A stretch of 63,655 bases of DNA, filler included, from Phoronis australis (lineage: Eukaryota; Animalia; Phoronida), in the NCBI GenBank assembly GCA_002633005.1. It is 9 parts of 9 records of this genome, joined end to end, with 100 filler letters (N's around TTAATTAATTAA, not from the genome) between each part and the next. Parts side by side here need not be neighbours in the genome. Positions count along the whole stretch, not along the records: positions 12,350 to 37,601 come from NMRA01001351.1; 8 more parts are not named here. One strand, given 5' to 3'. Below are positions 14,040 to 26,190 of this stretch, piece by piece. How positions within the stretch are numbered: the first letter of the stretch is position 1; each line of letters begins with the position of its first letter. A program made the translations under genes and the position numbers. Below the pieces are notes generated by a model, which worked only from the letters and a program-made list of their open reading frames with translations, ran no database searches and was not told the origin of the DNA.

Positions 14040-14512
14040 AAAAACTGCCACTAGTAGTCCAAGTCGTCGGAAAATCATTGTCACTTCACACTAAGAACAT
14101 GTATGCCAATTTCCACAATCATCCTTAGTGTGGTTTGGTTGATAGAGGGGCGGACGCCAAAAACAGATTCAAAATAAAAATGGCCACTAGGTGGTGCAAA
14201 ATACCTCGAATCCATCCTAAAACCGGAGAATAGTGTTGTCTCCCCAATTGATCCCTATGTGCCGAATTTGATGAAAATCCGTTGAAGACCTTTGAAGATA
14301 CAGAGCGTAAAAAAATTAAAATTGCCACCAGGGGGCACACCGGTAGTCGTAACCGTCCAAAATTCGCCGTCATCCATCATCAGCTTCATAGGAGCATATT
14401 TGCCAAACCTCATCAAGATCCTGCAAGGGGTTTAGGAGATACAGCTGCGGACGCCAGATGCCCAGACAGAGATGATGGCAATATGCACCCACGGTGGGTG
14501 CATACCAAAATA
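14040..14512 (+). mobile_element. Helentron/HINE-like non-autonomous element with ~150-bp internal units and a 3' hairpin
   Basis: Recurrent TGCC(A/G)AATTT.AT.AAAATCC...GAGATAC-like units at ~14100, 14260, 14400, with related ones at ~13620 and 13760. Perfect terminal hairpin TATGCACCCA-CGG-TGGGTGCATA at 14482-14504. Confidence 0.5.
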
Positions 14513-14786
14513 TCACGTAAAATTTTTCTAGGCCAGAACACTTCCCTTGATTGTATAAATTTCCACAACAGATATACAACATGAAATTCCCTTTGTCAAA
14601 AGATCCAGGAATCTTCCACTACTTCTAAAATAACCCCTCACCCTATCCTAACGGCTTGAAGGCAGGTCGCTACATGTTTAGCTTTCCATTTTTCATTATA
14701 GTGGCAGTAAAAATGTAGCAACTACAACCAAAAAAAATTTTTTTTGACAAATATCAATTAATTGAAACACTAGCTTTGTACAAATA

Positions 14787-15670
14787 CCGTATTCGCCCTA
14801 ATTAGTGCTTAGGGCGCTTAGAACAATTAGTTTCGGGAGGCAGGGGCGCTTATTGTAGCCTAAGGCAGTTGAAACTCAGTCTCTGAAACAGGTGAAATCG
14901 GAAGCTAGGATTCATCTAATTTATGCTTTGCAATGTATCTGTAGCCTATGACGGACTTTCCCCAAAATTGTGGGGCATTGCTATCAAACTTTGTTGTTAA
15001 ATTACGATCCTTTTTCAGAAAATTACAGGGAAAACTGATGTGTCGCTGCTTCGCGATTGTCAATAAGGCAACTTGAATTCTCGAAAAAAAATATGTTTCG
15101 ACTCAACAAATAACACGAAATCCTCTTTCAGTTTCCAAAGACTTTTAAGTTCATGTGGAATTGGGATTAACCGCAGATTAAGTCCAAATCTTGCGCTAGA
15201 CCGCACCCCGCAACATGAGAAAATCTGGACGAACACACATGTTGTTGTCACTTGACATTTGTTTTGATGTTTGTCTGCGTGTGTGTGTGCCGAGTGAGCG
15301 AGATTCACTCCCGTGGACAAGTACACTGTGTCTGTTCTGAAAGGCCAGACCGTAGTGGGACACATACCTCAAGAGATCTGCAAAACTTTTGAGTTCCTTT
15401 TGAAGCACTGCGGAAGTTTGAAGTGTATATTCACGGCTAAATACCGACATACCAACGAGTCTCGAGGTCTAGAATTGGCACACAATGATTTTTTCAGGAC
15501 TGTCGGATATTATTGATAAATTGAAGACGTTACTGTAGAATTTTCGAACTCTAGGTAAGGCATTTTTCAAATGTATACACGTTCATGGGCTGGGCACTTA
15601 CTTTTAACAAACTCTGAAAATGCGTGGGTGGTGCTTATTGGGACATGGGCGCTTATTAGGGCGAATACGG
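14787..15670 (+). mobile_element. pogo/Tc1-mariner-like non-autonomous DNA transposon carrying a HIRAN-like ORF remnant
   Basis: TA-CCGTATTCGCCCTAAT ... ATTAGGGCGAATACGG-TA: 16-bp perfect TIR with TA TSD. Internal 15313-15516 reads DKYTVSVLKGQTVVGHIPQEICKTFEFLLKHCGSLKCIFTAKYRH...GLEL. Confidence 0.85.
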
Positions 15671-15789
15671 TATTTTACTTTCTATCACACAAGCTAAAGC
15701 GCAATTAGTTTACACCTGAGTGAGGGATCTGTGGACTCAGTACTAATACTTGACTTCCAACGCTCTACTTCAGCTAGACTTTGTCCAAA

Positions 15790-16165
15790 AGTAAAACCAT
15801 GATCACTGTTCAAGTAGCTAAGTAGTAAAACCATGATCACTGTTCATGTACCTAAGTAGTAAAACCATGATCACTGTTCATGTAGCTAAGTAGTAAAACC
15901 ATGATCACTGTTCATGTAGCTAAGTAGTAAAACCATGATCACTGTTCATGTAGCTAAGTAGTAAAACGAATATCACTGTTCATGTAGCTAAGTAGTAAAA
16001 CCATGATCACTGTTCATGTAGCTAAGTAGTAAAACCATGATCACTGTTCATGTAGCTAAGTAGTAAAACGAATATCACTGTTCATGTAGCTAAGTAGTAA
16101 AACCATGATCACTATTCATGTAGCTAAGTAGTAAAACCATGATCACTGTTCATGTAGCTAAGTAG
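15790..16165. repeat. Minisatellite, 34 bp x ~11
   Basis: Unit AGTAAAACCATGATCACTGTTCATGTAGCTAAGT, near-identical copies; a variant with GAATATC recurs twice. Confidence 0.95.
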
Positions 16166-18215
16166 CACTTTGGCTCTCTATGACACAGTCACAAAGAAGT
16201 CACAATGTCAAAAATCTAAGGGTCTATTAGGAGACTTTCATCTATAATGAATTGCGGGATGGCTGTCAGCTTGTACATTACCGATGACAGTACAGATAAT
16301 ATGGGACTGCATTGGGAGACAAGTAAATAAAGACGTAAAACAAATCTTGTCATTATGATCACACGGCCATTAAAAGTATCGGTCGACAGCAACAAGCTTG
16401 TTGGTGCGCATACAACTAAGCATACATCATACAAAACTTAAAAGCATCGAATTAATACAATGGATTTAAGCAAATCTTTTGCCTGAAAGATTCACCATGC
16501 ACAATCAGAACCCACTGAAGTTACCTACAACACCACCTAAAACACAAATTATCAAATAGTTTGCACATCCCCAAGTTACCTGTGATGTCACCTGATGTTT
16601 ACAAGTCAATAACGGTTCCACATGTATTTGAAAAATGACAACCGCACCGTAGATAAAATATCGCAATTAAGTTGTGTCTTCGATTGCAATATATAATATT
16701 GTTGATGGAGTCAAAACCTGTGACTGTAGGGGAAAGTTTAATGTGCCAGTTCAATGCGTCATTGAAAATTTTGAAGCACCAATGGTGTGGGTCCGGTTCC
16801 AAAAATAGTCTCCGTGGAAGAGTTCTAATTTATCTAATTTAGCTGACGCACAAGGTCCCCAAAGTACTGGAGAATTTACGAGTTTTCAAGTAAAAAGTGG
16901 AGACTAGGAAAAGCTAACAATATTTGGTAAATCTGTTACCAGTGCCCACAGTCAGGTTCTACTTGCCAGATATGCTGCTACTCGCGAAAAATAAGTGAAT
17001 GTTTTGGAATACTAAAAGACAGTGAATACCAAACGAATTTTCAAGTCCTGTAGATTTTTCTATAATTCCTACCAATGGACTATACTCTTTATTTCCAAGT
17101 AGCAATATTAAAGTGGCTTAAGCACTAGAACTTTTGCAGACAGCAACTGCTCACCAATTTAGGGCTCAATGTGGTATACAAGTGAAATTTTATTTTCTCC
17201 TATTTTCAATATAAGATATGTGGCACCACATTAACACTTTTACGTATTCAAACTTTGTACCATAGCTACCAATAGACAATATTTCGATGGAAATCCTTGA
17301 AAAATGAAAAAGAAAATTTTGTCTTAGAAAAGGTTTGATTTTAGCGTACAGACAACTTAGCCTTGAGCGACATCTACAGTTTACATTACAAAAGTTGACA
17401 CGGAGCAGCCAACACAAAGTGAGTTGACACAGCGCAACTATGTGTACACACAAATTGATACAGAACGAGTTCTCACATTAGCGACCATTTGGTCACCAGA
17501 TTTTGATGAACAGCAACTTACGATTATCTTGTTGCATGTCAATTAGATACGTCTAAACGTAAAACTGGAGCAAAGCAGATCCAATTGAATTACCTGCACT
17601 AGCGCAATAATGTACGTACAGGTGACCATATTCACAGCATATCTATGCCAACTTCTTTTGCCTTTTACTTGTATAGCTCAACTGTTACACATTCACGTTT
17701 TTCTGCCTCTAAATATATAAAAACTTGCATCACTTTCTCTTACTTAACATAAAGTGCAACTTCTGCTAGATATATATAACCATGAGTATATATATTAAAG
17801 TCATATTCCTGGCTACTTACACCTTGCCACCATTCCTCTATTGTGTGTGTAGGCCTAAATGGCTACCAGGCACCAACCATCTTGCAAGTTGTGTCAGTTT
17901 GCGCCGGGTCACAGTTAACATCTAAATAGGGCTTTCAGCTTGTACTCCTTGGTCAGGTGGTCAGTTACAGAATGTTCATTGCAATCACTAGGTAAGCAGT
18001 CTTAGTCACTTGGAGCATAATACAATCCCAGCCCCTTAATAGACACTGTCACTGCCTTTGGTGGACAGTGACTTAGAGATCTAGTTTCATCCACTGAGTA
18101 ATGTATTCAGTGACTGCCTGTTTCTCTAAGTCAGAGGTCCACTTTATTTGACCAGTGCCCTTTAATGTATGACAGTGCGTTTGAAGTGTTTAAATGGGAG
18201 CAATGAAAGAGCAAN

Positions 18216-18322
18216 GATCAGGCTCTACAAGATAGCTTGTTGGGACCAGGCTCTACAAATGGCTTGTTGGGACCAGGTTCTACAAGATGGCTTCTTGGGA
18301 CCAGGCTATACAAGATGGCTTG
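18216..18322. repeat. Minisatellite, ~28 bp x ~4
   Basis: Unit GGACCAGGCTCTACAAGATGGCTTGTTG, starting at a single-N junction. Confidence 0.85.
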
Positions 18323-21300
18323 TTACTACTGCGTGTCATTTTTTGTGCCGAACATTGTCTTAAGAAAACCGAACAGTCAGCTCTTTGCAAACCAAGAACT
18401 CACTTCTCATCTGATTAATGAACAAGTTAAGACCAATTTAATCAAAATTTACTTTCTTTGGGTAACTTAAAATCACTGCGAAAAGAACGCGCAAACACAC
18501 CCATCTTAACATCCATCATTATCAATGACATCTGATGTCCATAAAAGAGACAGCTATACAACTATTATCACAAATGTCCACCAATAACTTATCTCTTTAA
18601 GATTATGTTGTTGAAAACATATCGGCAAATAAATAACGTGAGGGAAAACATCAATTGAATTCATTTGCAAATAAATAGAACCTTCAGATTAGACACATCG
18701 CCTCGACATCACTATCACCCAATAGAAATTATTGCATGCCAACCAAAAATCCACAAACCGATTCATGATCAGCGTGAAAATGTTTCACCCCAACTTCTAA
18801 TCCCCACAACTTGCTTGGTCAAATAAAATTCCATGCCTGATCACACCAGCCGGATTACACAAGAGGGTAAATTTTAATTAAAATTGATGACAGAGGGTGG
18901 CCAAATAGATAGATCACCGAGATATTGGCCTGCTTTGAACATGTCGATTGATAGCGAGTATATAATTTATTGACACATTCAATAAATTTTATATCGTCTA
19001 TGATGGCAACGTTGGTTTAAGCCAAGTATGGTACCAAGTGAGTGAGCTATTTGACGACTCGTTCCTACAAGTTGAGATTAGTCCATGCTAGAAATAAATG
19101 ATAACTAATTTTCACTCAACCAGAATAGTAGAGAATCACTAAAGGTCAAACATCATTTTGAATGTGACAGATTTTATTGACGAACTGAAGAAAAGCCGAT
19201 TCGTTCGACTGATTGAGGACTACAGGTATTGTTAATTTCTGATTTGAGTTCCTTTTGCCAAACATAATCTTCAATCTTCAACAATTGCTAAAATTTAGAT
19301 TTTTCAAATTTTGAAAAAAATATTTCATGGTCGTAAATTCCCAAAATTTTACCCAGTACACTATAATCTAGACAATTTCTGGCAAAAATATATTTTAATC
19401 ACACTAATTTTAACTTTTTTGTTAGGTGGCAGTACCACAAAGAAAAAATTTTACTAATGATAATAATACGTTTTGCTAAAAAATTTGAAAGTGAGGCCAT
19501 AGTTCATCGCTCATCTTTCTAATGTCTGTCTAATACTGTAAAAGACGGAAGTCCTTTTTGTTGGGTCTTTAACAATTTGATTGTTGGTTCTTATAAAAGT
19601 TTTGGTAAAAGGATTATTTCCCTGTCATTACATTCATAATTCGGTTACAAACGGCTAATTAAAGCGGCACATCCAAGTTGGACTAGGTGCAAAACGTGGG
19701 TACAACTCACACTAGGCTGAGACATTAAATCTGCATATTCTAATGCAAGTTTGTAATGAATTTTGCCCATTTATTTCTGATTATTACGTATATCAGATAG
19801 TCATTATCACAGACTCTTGTACAGTTCTGTATACCTATTAAGCCCCGGGCAGCTGTGTGCTGGTTGTATAGGGAACCCACTAGATGTCACCACCTTCCGA
19901 CGGAAAATGTCCTACAGAGGGCATGGCGAGTGAATGCATGCGTTGCTGTTTTGCAAATAGAAGCGTAGTGCAAACTTCATTGTTCTCCACAACCTGTTTT
20001 GACTCCCCACTCTGTAGTATTTGAATTTTACGGTGACGAAAGTGGCTTACATGTGTCAAGCTTGAAAAGCTAAGCGACGAGTTTGAAGTGTTGGGAGATT
20101 AGTCATTTCTTAAGCAAATTAGGACATTTTGGACTTTTGGTACCAATTCAATACATGTATTCCTAGACTTAACACACAAACTCCCCACAATATGGACATG
20201 GACTTAAGAGCATGTACATGAATTTTGTAATACCCGTCGAATTTGAAATTTCCATTGCGGAGAACACTGAAAGTGTGCTCGTGAAGAAAGTTGAGTGAAG
20301 AGCAAATCTTCGTTTCAGTCTCCTGGTCTGTGACTAAGCGCATCCATTAAAAAGCCAATTATCACTGAATGTGTAATAAGAATTATGACAAATGAAGCAA
20401 GGAGTAGCAATTTTCCCCAACAAAGCAAGAACTAACAATTCTTGTGTAACAGGAGACAACAATGAAGAGTTTACCACAGGCATACAATGTTAAGAAAGGT
20501 GATCAATACCCATTTTCTGATATATCTGCAAGTTGTGACACGTCTTGTCAATAGATGGTGCTAGAGTTACTGGTGGACAGCATTCTACTTACAATATTCT
20601 CTGGAAATTCAATGCAGCATAATTTCCCAGCATTTGCATTATATTTTTTACAACCATTATGCTGTGAAATTGCCACTCGTGTGCAGCAGGATATTGAAAT
20701 GACTCACATAACAATAATCTCTATCCAAATATGTCTGTGAAATTCATAAAAGAAACTGCGTTTCGGCCCTGGTAACTGTAAATTAAACATGGGTCAAGCA
20801 AGACACTTTGTGCTCTCACAAGGCAAAGGCATTGTATACGGATTGTTTCCTACTAGTAACATATTAAGTTCCAGCTTCAAGAAGGCTTGGTATTTGACTG
20901 TTTTGATGGTATCCAGTTATCAAACAGGGAGGTTTAGGCTTTAACATTTGCTTCAACAACAAAAATGACAGAATGTTCCTTAAGAGTTATGTAGCACCTC
21001 ACTGACAAGTCGGAACATTTAGTCAAACATCCGCACAACTATAGAATTTTACCTCAGCAAAAGTATATAATATCTACTGAAAGAAGAATTTCCGTGAATT
21101 TGAATGTTGACCAATCTGCCATAAATAAGCTCACACGGCTATCTTTTTATTAAACTTTAGCAAAAAAGAAAGGTACATTTATAGCAAAACTAATAACGTA
21201 GAAAATAAATCCGAAACTAAAAGAGGCGATCCAGATCCTCTAAAGGATACTATTGTTTGTCGAAAAGTAGAATAAATATACGTAAATAAAACAACAAATT

Positions 21301-21450
21301 TGGATCACTGAAATTTTCAGATATAATAGCATACTTAGTCAACAGAAACAGAAATAAAGTAGAATCACACACTATACGACAATTGCCATGTGATATATGG
21401 CGTAATGAGCATGATACATTGTTGCGGGAAAAAAGTAAAGGTTATAATTT

Positions 21451-21828
21451 AAGGAGTCATTAGGTTCAAGTGTGTTAAGCTTAGCAAAACAAAACGACCA
21501 ATTACATGACAGAATTTTGTACACTATAAATGTTCAAGATAAAATCTCAAAAACAATCATTATGTTACAGTTTTCTAAATTTTTACTTTGTTTTTGTTTA
21601 TGTAATGCTAAACTTATTTGACAAAAATCATGTAAATATTATTTTTGACAGTCCCTCATGCAAAAGTGGAACATTTTAAAGACAATTCCTCGCAGCATTT
21701 TGGAGAACAGAGCATGAAGCATAGTATCTGGAAATTTCATGAAGATACATTCAGCAATTTCTCAGATATGATGTTCTGAACTTGGCCAAAATTGGTACTT
21801 TTTATAGGATCCCACAAGCATAACCTTA
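21451..21828. mobile_element. TTAA-flanked non-autonomous DNA transposon (Kolobok/piggyBac-type ends); second copy at ~31010-31396
   Basis: 21645-21828 is clearly homologous to 31215-31396 (AAAAGTGGAACA.TTTAAA...GCATTTTG.AGAACAG...AGCATAG...GCCAAA.TTGG); both end CTTAA. TTAAGG at the left end. Confidence 0.55.
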
Positions 21829-22380
21829 AGATTTAACTTCATTCTAATAATAACACAGAGTGAACTTTGGAAATAACATTAATTTTGTTAATTATCAGTT
21901 AAGGCGCTGTTCGATAAAAATAACCCAAGTTGTAAATTACTAAAACATTGAGGCCAATAAAGGTGGTCTTAATGATTGTATCTGACACAATCATTATCTC
22001 ACGACTACGTGTGATATATGTAAAAGATACCACTACAAATTTATAACAAAGTGAAAAGATAGAATTTCAACAATTCGAAACTTCAGCTCCGACTGGCAAT
22101 CTGGCAATCTGCCTTAAGCGGGTAAGTATTACAGGCCACAAAGGCAAAGTTACTACCGCTTATTTTTTGAAATTCAGGCCAGTGCTCCAGTAATTTTTTA
22201 GTTGTTCGCTTTTTCAAATAAGAAATCCGACAAAGATGAGCGAAATGATGCAGGGTTTGATTTTTTACTGGCAATATACTAAAATTTTCTTAAAAGTTAA
22301 TTGTTGTCGAGAAATTGAACAAAATAAAACTCCACTTGCCACCATCTTGAATCCTAACCCAAAGTATTTTTACAGTACAT

Positions 22381-23010
22381 TGATATCAAAATGTAATTTT
22401 TGCCATAAATTAACATCAAAATGTTATTTTTACCACGGATTGACATCAAAATGTTATTTTTACCATGCATTGATATCAAAATGTTATTTTTACCATGTAC
22501 TGATATTAAAATGTCAGTTTTACTAGGCATTGATATCAAAATGTTATTTTTACTGTGTATTGGCATCAAAATGTGATATTTACCATACATTGACATCAAA
22601 ATGTTATTTTTACCATGTACTGATATTAAAATGTCAGTTTTACTAGGCATTGATATCAAAATGTTATTTTTACTGTGTACTGGCATCAAAATGTGATATT
22701 TACCATACATTGTCATCAAAATGTTATTTTTACCATGTATTGATATCAAAATGTCGTTTTTACTATGTATTTACATCAAAATATCAGTTTTACTAGGCAT
22801 TGATATCAAAATGTTATTTTTACTGTGTATTGGCATCAAAATGTGATATTTACCATACATTGTCATCAAAATGTTATTTTTACCATGTATTGATATCAAA
22901 ATGTCATTTTTACTATGTACTTACATCAAAATGTTATTTTTACCATGCATTGATATCAAAATGTAATTTTCACCATGCACTGATGTCAAAATGTTATTTT
23001 TACTGTGCAT
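22381..23010. repeat. Minisatellite, 30 bp x 21, with a higher-order 120-bp period, abutting the LRR gene acceptor
   Basis: Unit TGATATCAAAATGTTATTTTTACCATGCAT; 22501-22620 and 22621-22740 are near-identical four-unit blocks. Confidence 0.95.
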
Positions 23011-23055
23011 ATTATTTTCAGACACACCTGCAACATAAAAACAAAAAGCACCGCC

Positions 23056-24369
23056 ATGACGCTTATCAGACTCATTCTTCTCGCATGTTGCATGCTAAAC
23101 GTTCACAACCGGACTGTCGGCTGCGTCATCAATTTGCCCAGAAATGTACCATCAAACACAACAAGACTAGAAATCTGCGTAACTGAGCAAACGGAATTAA
23201 CCCAGAACGACTTCAAACGCTTCACTGTGCTTGATTACCTGGCAGTCGACCATGGAACAGTGATTAGGTTTCAACCGGATACTTTCAGAAATTTGACCTC
23301 GTTGACCTATTTAAGTTTATTCAACAACTCAATTACAAGTCTTCCACTGAGAGCGTTTCCTCCTTCGCTCAGGCAACTCGATCTAGGCTACAACAACATC
23401 GCGACGATACGCAGACACATGTTTTACGGACTCGGGAACGTGACCAACCTGCGACTCCACCGAAACGTTATTGCCAACATCCAAGAGGGGGCGTTTGACC
23501 CACTTGCGAAGTTAGCCGTACTTGAGCTGCAGGGAAACCATTTGACAGAGTTTCCGCGAGGCTTAGTTCTAAACCAACTGACAAAGTTAGACCTCAGCCA
23601 GAACCAAATAAGCAGGCTGACATCCGATGATTTTTCCGGATTAACAAAGCTTGAAACTTTCACAATTGAATGGAACAATATAAGAGCATTGCCAAATGAT
23701 TTGAAAACAAGCTTTAATAGACTCAACTCCATTTCTGTGGCTAACAATCCAATACACTGTAACTGTTTCACGAAATGGTTAGTGGAAAGTCGAAGCTTGC
23801 AGCGGAAAATTGGGAATGGAAAGTGCGCTACTCCAACAGTGAACTCTTTGGCAAGATCAACAATACATGTGTGCACTGCTCCCAATATCGTATCTCCATC
23901 GTACGACATAATTACCAGAGCTGGAGAGGAATATACCATTGAATGCAAAGCCGTGAGTGACCCAGCGCCGACAATAACTTTTTTCATAGACGGTGAATAC
24001 TATGCAAGTTACCCAGCATCTACGGACATAACAGAAAACGAGAACACCGCGTCAATGACCTATTTTGCAACAGGAAACAAATCGTACACTTGCCAGGCGG
24101 AGAATGTAGAAGGTTCTGCCAATGTCACCAGAAATGTCTTGGTTTTTGGCGACAAATTACAACCACCAACACCATACCCAAGTCCACAGTTACGCCAATT
24201 GACCACATCAGAAATGGTTTCGGGAAGTGGTCCCGACGTGATGGCCATAGGAGTGGGTGTGGGGGTAGGGGTGCTGGTGATCGTCGGGACAGTGGTGGTG
24301 GTAGTGATCGTCAAGAAAAAGAAGAAAGCCAACACCGTGCAGGTGCTGAGAGTAAATAATCAAATGTAG
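23056..24369 (+). CDS. Single-pass LRR + LRRCT + Ig(I-set) transmembrane protein (LRR-Ig type), 437 aa, single coding exon
   Basis: ACCGCC-ATG Kozak context at 23056, after an acceptor (ttattttcag, 23011-23020). Signal peptide MTLIRLILLACCML; ~7 LxxLxLxxNxI repeats; LRRCT NPIHCNCFTKWL; Ig domain (IECKAVSDPAPTITF...YTCQAENVEG); TM VMAIGVGVGVGVLVIVGTVVVVVIV; KKKKK stop-transfer; ~13-aa tail after the lysines. Confidence 0.93.
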   Translation: MTLIRLILLACCMLNVHNRTVGCVINLPRNVPSNTTRLEICVTEQTELTQNDFKRFTVLDYLAVDHGTVIRFQPDTFRNLTSLTYLSLFNNSITSLPLRAFPPSLRQLDLGYNNIATIRRHMFYGLGNVTNLRLHRNVIANIQEGAFDPLAKLAVLELQGNHLTEFPRGLVLNQLTKLDLSQNQISRLTSDDFSGLTKLETFTIEWNNIRALPNDLKTSFNRLNSISVANNPIHCNCFTKWLVESRSLQRKIGNGKCATPTVNSLARSTIHVCTAPNIVSPSYDIITRAGEEYTIECKAVSDPAPTITFFIDGEYYASYPASTDITENENTASMTYFATGNKSYTCQAENVEGSANVTRNVLVFGDKLQPPTPYPSPQLRQLTTSEMVSGSGPDVMAIGVGVGVGVLVIVGTVVVVVIVKKKKKANTVQVLRVNNQM

Positions 24370-25871
24370 TGATTCTGTAGCAGGTTTTCACGTCGGAATT
24401 TCATCAAGAGGTGGCGCTAGCTTATCCAGTTAGATTGTCATTGACAAAACATTCGGAAATCCAAAAGCCGGTGTTAAACCACTAGCTGTATACTTAGGTA
24501 ACCAAAAATGATACCAAAAGTAATGTACTTGACAATAGTTACCAAGTAACAGATGAATGTAAACTACTTAGTAGGAAGAAGAGGTTAAGTATACCCAGCC
24601 ACTCTAAGTTACTGGGTCAGTTTGTGAAAATAGCCATGTTGGGATAGCAATCAGAGTACCGCTAATTGTCACTAGATGACACTTCTGTTAAGACATAGCA
24701 ATCAGTCTGCAAGATTACGCAAGAGTGATATATCAGAGTGGACTGTTAATCTTATCAGCGGGATTTTCTGTGTAACGAAATTGTGGCAACAACCAGAAAT
24801 TTGACAATGGTTTTGACAGCTTCATCACCGGATAACTCTGATAAATGGGAAGTCAAGTACCAAAATTAATGTAAACATATGCAAACAGCAAAACCGTGTG
24901 CGAGTAAAGAGATGGCTGTATATATAAGAAAACTCAAAATTTATTCGGTTTTTGTTTATGGATTCAGTGAAATCTCACCTGTAACACAATATGGTGGGCG
25001 AGAGAAATTTTTGTTTTCTCGTTTTTTATAAAAGATATGAAGCATCACATTACTGCTTTACTGTGTTTAACTCCCATACCATATTATGTCATCACAAAAT
25101 ATTGAGAAGTGTGGACACTCACATGAATGTTTGAAGATGTGGAAAAACAAAAAAGGGACTCGCAATTAATTTTGTTCAATATTGGTGAAGTCGAAATGAC
25201 GACAGCGTTGTCTTTTAATTCTTGCTATGTTAAGTGAATGTTAAGAATGAGCTGCAGTGGTACAGAGTCATTTTAACATTTAATAACAAAATATAAAATG
25301 ACATGTGTCGAGACCGGATAAAATTAGACAATGAAGCAGCAGGTAACGCTTTAAAATCCGGGAAAAATATTTATTAAAAACACTTAATCCTTTTGAGCCT
25401 TAATGGGCGCATCTCATCATCAGGTGTGAAGTGAAGTGGTGCAAAAAGCCTTTTGTAAGATATTTACGTTTGTTAGCTCAGGGAGCCTCATGTCCACACG
25501 TTTATTCATAGCTGTTTGTAGGCTGAATGAGATTTGCATATCACATGACTCACATTTGTGTATGTACTGGTGTGTGTGCTGACTTGTTTTCTACACACTT
25601 GGGTGGGCAGTGTACATTTGGCTTTAGAGAGGATGAGAGCTGCAATAGTGTGAGGTTTTTCTATGTAATTTAGTTTCTATTTTTGTAGAATCGAAACAGG
25701 GAAGACTTGTAAGAATATAACTGTGAAATGTTTCGAGTATCTTAATAAAGCATTATTAAAGCCAACTCCTCTCGACTTGCCGACACTCACACCTTTCTTA
25801 CACCAACCTGTTCAGAACTACAAAGGGGAGGGTCGAGAGAAAATGAAATAGGGAGAGGAAAATGTACATGA

Positions 25872-26190
25872 TTACAGGTAGCCGGGGCTCGTGTGGCCCA
25901 TGTCTTTATTAAGAGTGACACTACTGTTAGTGTTAAAAAACAAAATCGTTGTCATTTTGTTGGACCTCCTGGTGTGGGTGTTGTCATGATTCTCTATACG
26001 TACACAGGCCATGAGGTCATCACTGATGAGGTCATGTGACATGAAATGTTCTGCCACCGGAAGCGAGGAACCGTCATTGCTAGTTTTATGGTGTAAAAAG
26101 GAAAGGCCAGTCTCTCCTCTGTAGCGGGCATGAAGGCAGAGATTGCAAGGAATAAGGTGTATTATGCCAGATGACCTGTACATAAATTTA
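25872..26190 (-). mobile_element. Penelope-like retroelement remnant (degenerate GIY-YIG endonuclease)
   Basis: SSGIIHLIPCNLCLHARYRGETG...SLPVAEHFMSHD...ILFFNT...LNKD matches the Penelope GIY-YIG pattern (IY.I.C..C...YIGETG...PVA.HF...LN). Adjacent 25370-25800 resembles the element's terminal region. Confidence 0.75.

Noticed and set aside
15790-16165. 34-bp repeat array of CRISPR-like unit size
   Set aside because: Units are head to tail with no unique spacers, there are no cas genes, and the context is eukaryotic. It is a minisatellite.
22236-23186. Cys/His/Tyr-rich repeat ORFs (SKCYFYHALI)n and the antisense (GKNNILISMH)n ORF
   Set aside because: By-products of a 30-bp (multiple of 3) minisatellite; the + frame is broken by TAG variants.
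23424-24359. Antisense and alternative-frame ORFs over the LRR gene (likewise 38328-41708 + over the giant gene)
   Set aside because: Shadow ORFs of real coding exons with no independent motifs.
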